64,000 nt of DNA from assembly GCA_002104905.1 (NCBI GenBank), contig MCFE01000323.1, forward strand, positions 30,943-94,942. Reading direction: 5' to 3'. The notes beneath the pieces are model-generated. The model was not told the DNA's origin. It worked only from the letters and a program-made list of their open reading frames with translations, and searched no databases. How positions within the stretch are numbered: position 1 is the first letter of the stretch; each line of letters starts with the position of its first letter. The translations under genes were made by a program, and so were the position numbers. This stretch comes from Basidiobolus meristosporus CBS 931.73. Taxonomy: Eukaryota; Fungi; Basidiobolomycota. Below, in pieces: positions 62,436-64,000 of this stretch.

Positions 62436-64000
62436 TGTTGTAAGAGTCTTGGAGATATTGGAAGTGATTGGGAGAACAAGTAGATTATGTGGTTTTCACT
62501 TAATGATTTATTGAATGTAAAAGTAGTATTTATACTTTTACATGGTCTTGGCATTACAAACACGTAGAATAGGTTAAGGAAGGTCCCAAGAACATGTGTG
62601 CAAAGTTTGGGGCTGTTTGGACAACTTTGAGAATTTTCATGTTCTGGGTACCTGGTATTTTGGTGAAAATATTCTAAGTAAATCCCGACAAGGAATTTGG
62701 TCAGTATTCTCTAGGATTTGAAGGTGATGATCTAAGTGACTAAGTTAGGTGAATATTTAGGTGGAAAATACGAATTTTTACAACACTCCCACTCAGCTAA
62801 ATGTTCATACTGACTAGTCCTAATTTTGACCTAAAGATATTCAAACTTGTCTCTAGCTAATGGTTTGGTAAATATGTCTGCAATCATTTCATCTGTAGGA
62901 CAGTAAACTAAGCTAACTAAGTTATTCTCTATAGCTTCACGTATGAAATGATGTCTAATATCTATGTGCTTGGTTCTAGCATGAAAAGTTGGATTTCTAC
63001 CTAATTGTATACATCCTTGATTATCTTGAAATAAAGTAATAGGCGTTTTTTGACATAGGCCTAAATCTGTAAAGAGCTTTCTTAACCACATTGCTTCTTT
63101 TGTAGCTTCACAGGCTGCCATATACTCTGCCTCTGTAGTAGAAAGTGCTACGGTTGGTTGTTTCTTGAATTCCATGAAATGGCTCCTTTACAGTAAAGAA
63201 AGGTGTATCCTGTGGTGGATCTTCTGTCTTCTAAATTTCGTCCCCAATCAGCATCAGAGTATCCCACAAGATCCTGTTCTGAATCCTTATAAGTGTATCT
63301 TAAGCAGATATCAGCAGTTCCTTTTAGGTATCTAAAAATCCGCTTAACTGCTGCAATATGATCAGATCCATAATTCTGATTATGTTGGCTGACAACTCCC
63401 ACTGAATATGAGATATCTGGACGTGTTCCAAGCATGATATACATCAGACTGCCGACCATAGATTGATAAGGAAAGTCAGGGCTTTCAGATGGCACCAAGC
63501 TCTCTTGATTTGGTTGAGTTTTGACCAAGTTAAGGTTTGTCTCCATTGGGGTAGCTGCCGGTTTACAGTCTTCCATTTTGTACTTCTTTAGTATATCTTG
63601 AATATACTTGGATTGGCTTAGGGTAATAGTCTGGGTACTTCTGTCTATGGAGAACTTAATCCCTAAGTAGTAACTAAGTTCTCCTAGATCGGACATCTTG
63701 AACTCCTTAGATAGGCTGGATTTAGTCTCTTCCAATGTTTCTAGGTTATTGGCGGCTATAATAAGATCATCCACATATAGAGCTAATAGAACTGGATTTG
63801 CTCTATCTGGCTTATAGTATATACTATAGTCAGCATTACTCCTTTTGAAACTCAAAGATTCCAAATAAGAATCTATCTTGCAATTCCAGGCTCTTGGTGA
63901 TTGTTTGAGACCATATAGTGACTTTTTAAGCTTGCAGACCAAATGGGGGTTATCTTGGTCAACAAACCCATCAGGCTGGTCCATATACACGTCCTCATCA
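62436..64000 (-). mobile_element. Copia-1 copy B, 3' part (LTR 62436-62785, PPT, RNase H, RT with YVDD), inserted in the 3' LTR of copy A; continues beyond the window
   Basis: Complete 350-bp TG...CA LTR starts right after AAAAC; ORFs 63148..63990 and 62831..63175 are split by a 1-nt deletion. Confidence 0.93.

Noticed and set aside
62436-64000. Inverted repeat as a hairpin-read assembly artefact
   Set aside because: The arms differ by many substitutions and an indel, and the junction falls exactly at a complete TG...CA LTR terminus, as expected for a real insertion.
1-64000. Fanzor/TnpB nuclease, CRISPR array, rRNA, env-like gene, chromodomain or host gene
   Set aside because: I saw no RuvC plus Zn-finger motifs, no regular repeat-spacer array, no rRNA-like sequence and no extra ORF after either integrase; nearly all longer ORFs trace to the TE families described. 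Very decayed remnants could be missed by eye.

Overview
Eukaryotic DNA, most likely fungal (inferred from the TE families, a Ty5-type primer site and CpG-decayed repeats; the species cannot be determined). I find no host gene: almost the whole window is a nested transposon cluster. Components: (1) a PHIS-superfamily DNA transposon with 15-bp TIRs (AGACTTGTTCCATTG) and 3-bp ANT target duplications, i.e. Pangu-type. It occurs as a complete 3401-bp copy (2300-5700) nested in a sister copy (2052-8853), three further partial copies and a 181-bp MITE. It carries a DDE transposase, a divergent ~440-aa ORF2 with a Myb/SANT-like motif, and a possible third small gene with its own TATA box. (2) A CACTA/EnSpm-type family with CCCTA termini, a Transposase_21-type gene and a divergent second gene, in many decayed copies. 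(3) One very young, intact Ty3/Gypsy element (9827-17001, minus strand; 1617-aa gag-pol, near-identical 1071-bp LTRs, tRNA-Lys PBS, 4-bp TSD) plus a diverged solo LTR. (4) Two Ty1/Copia families; Copia-1 has a Ty5/copia-like half-tRNAiMet PBS and one copy inserted in inverted orientation into the LTR of another. (5) Several solo or truncated LTRs. Older copies show strong CpG-to-TpG/CpA decay. The best candidates for something new are the three-gene Pangu element, the Ty5-like Copia (LISSPP motif, inverted self-nesting) and a conserved CArG palindrome in the Gypsy LTR. All alignments and counts were done by eye.
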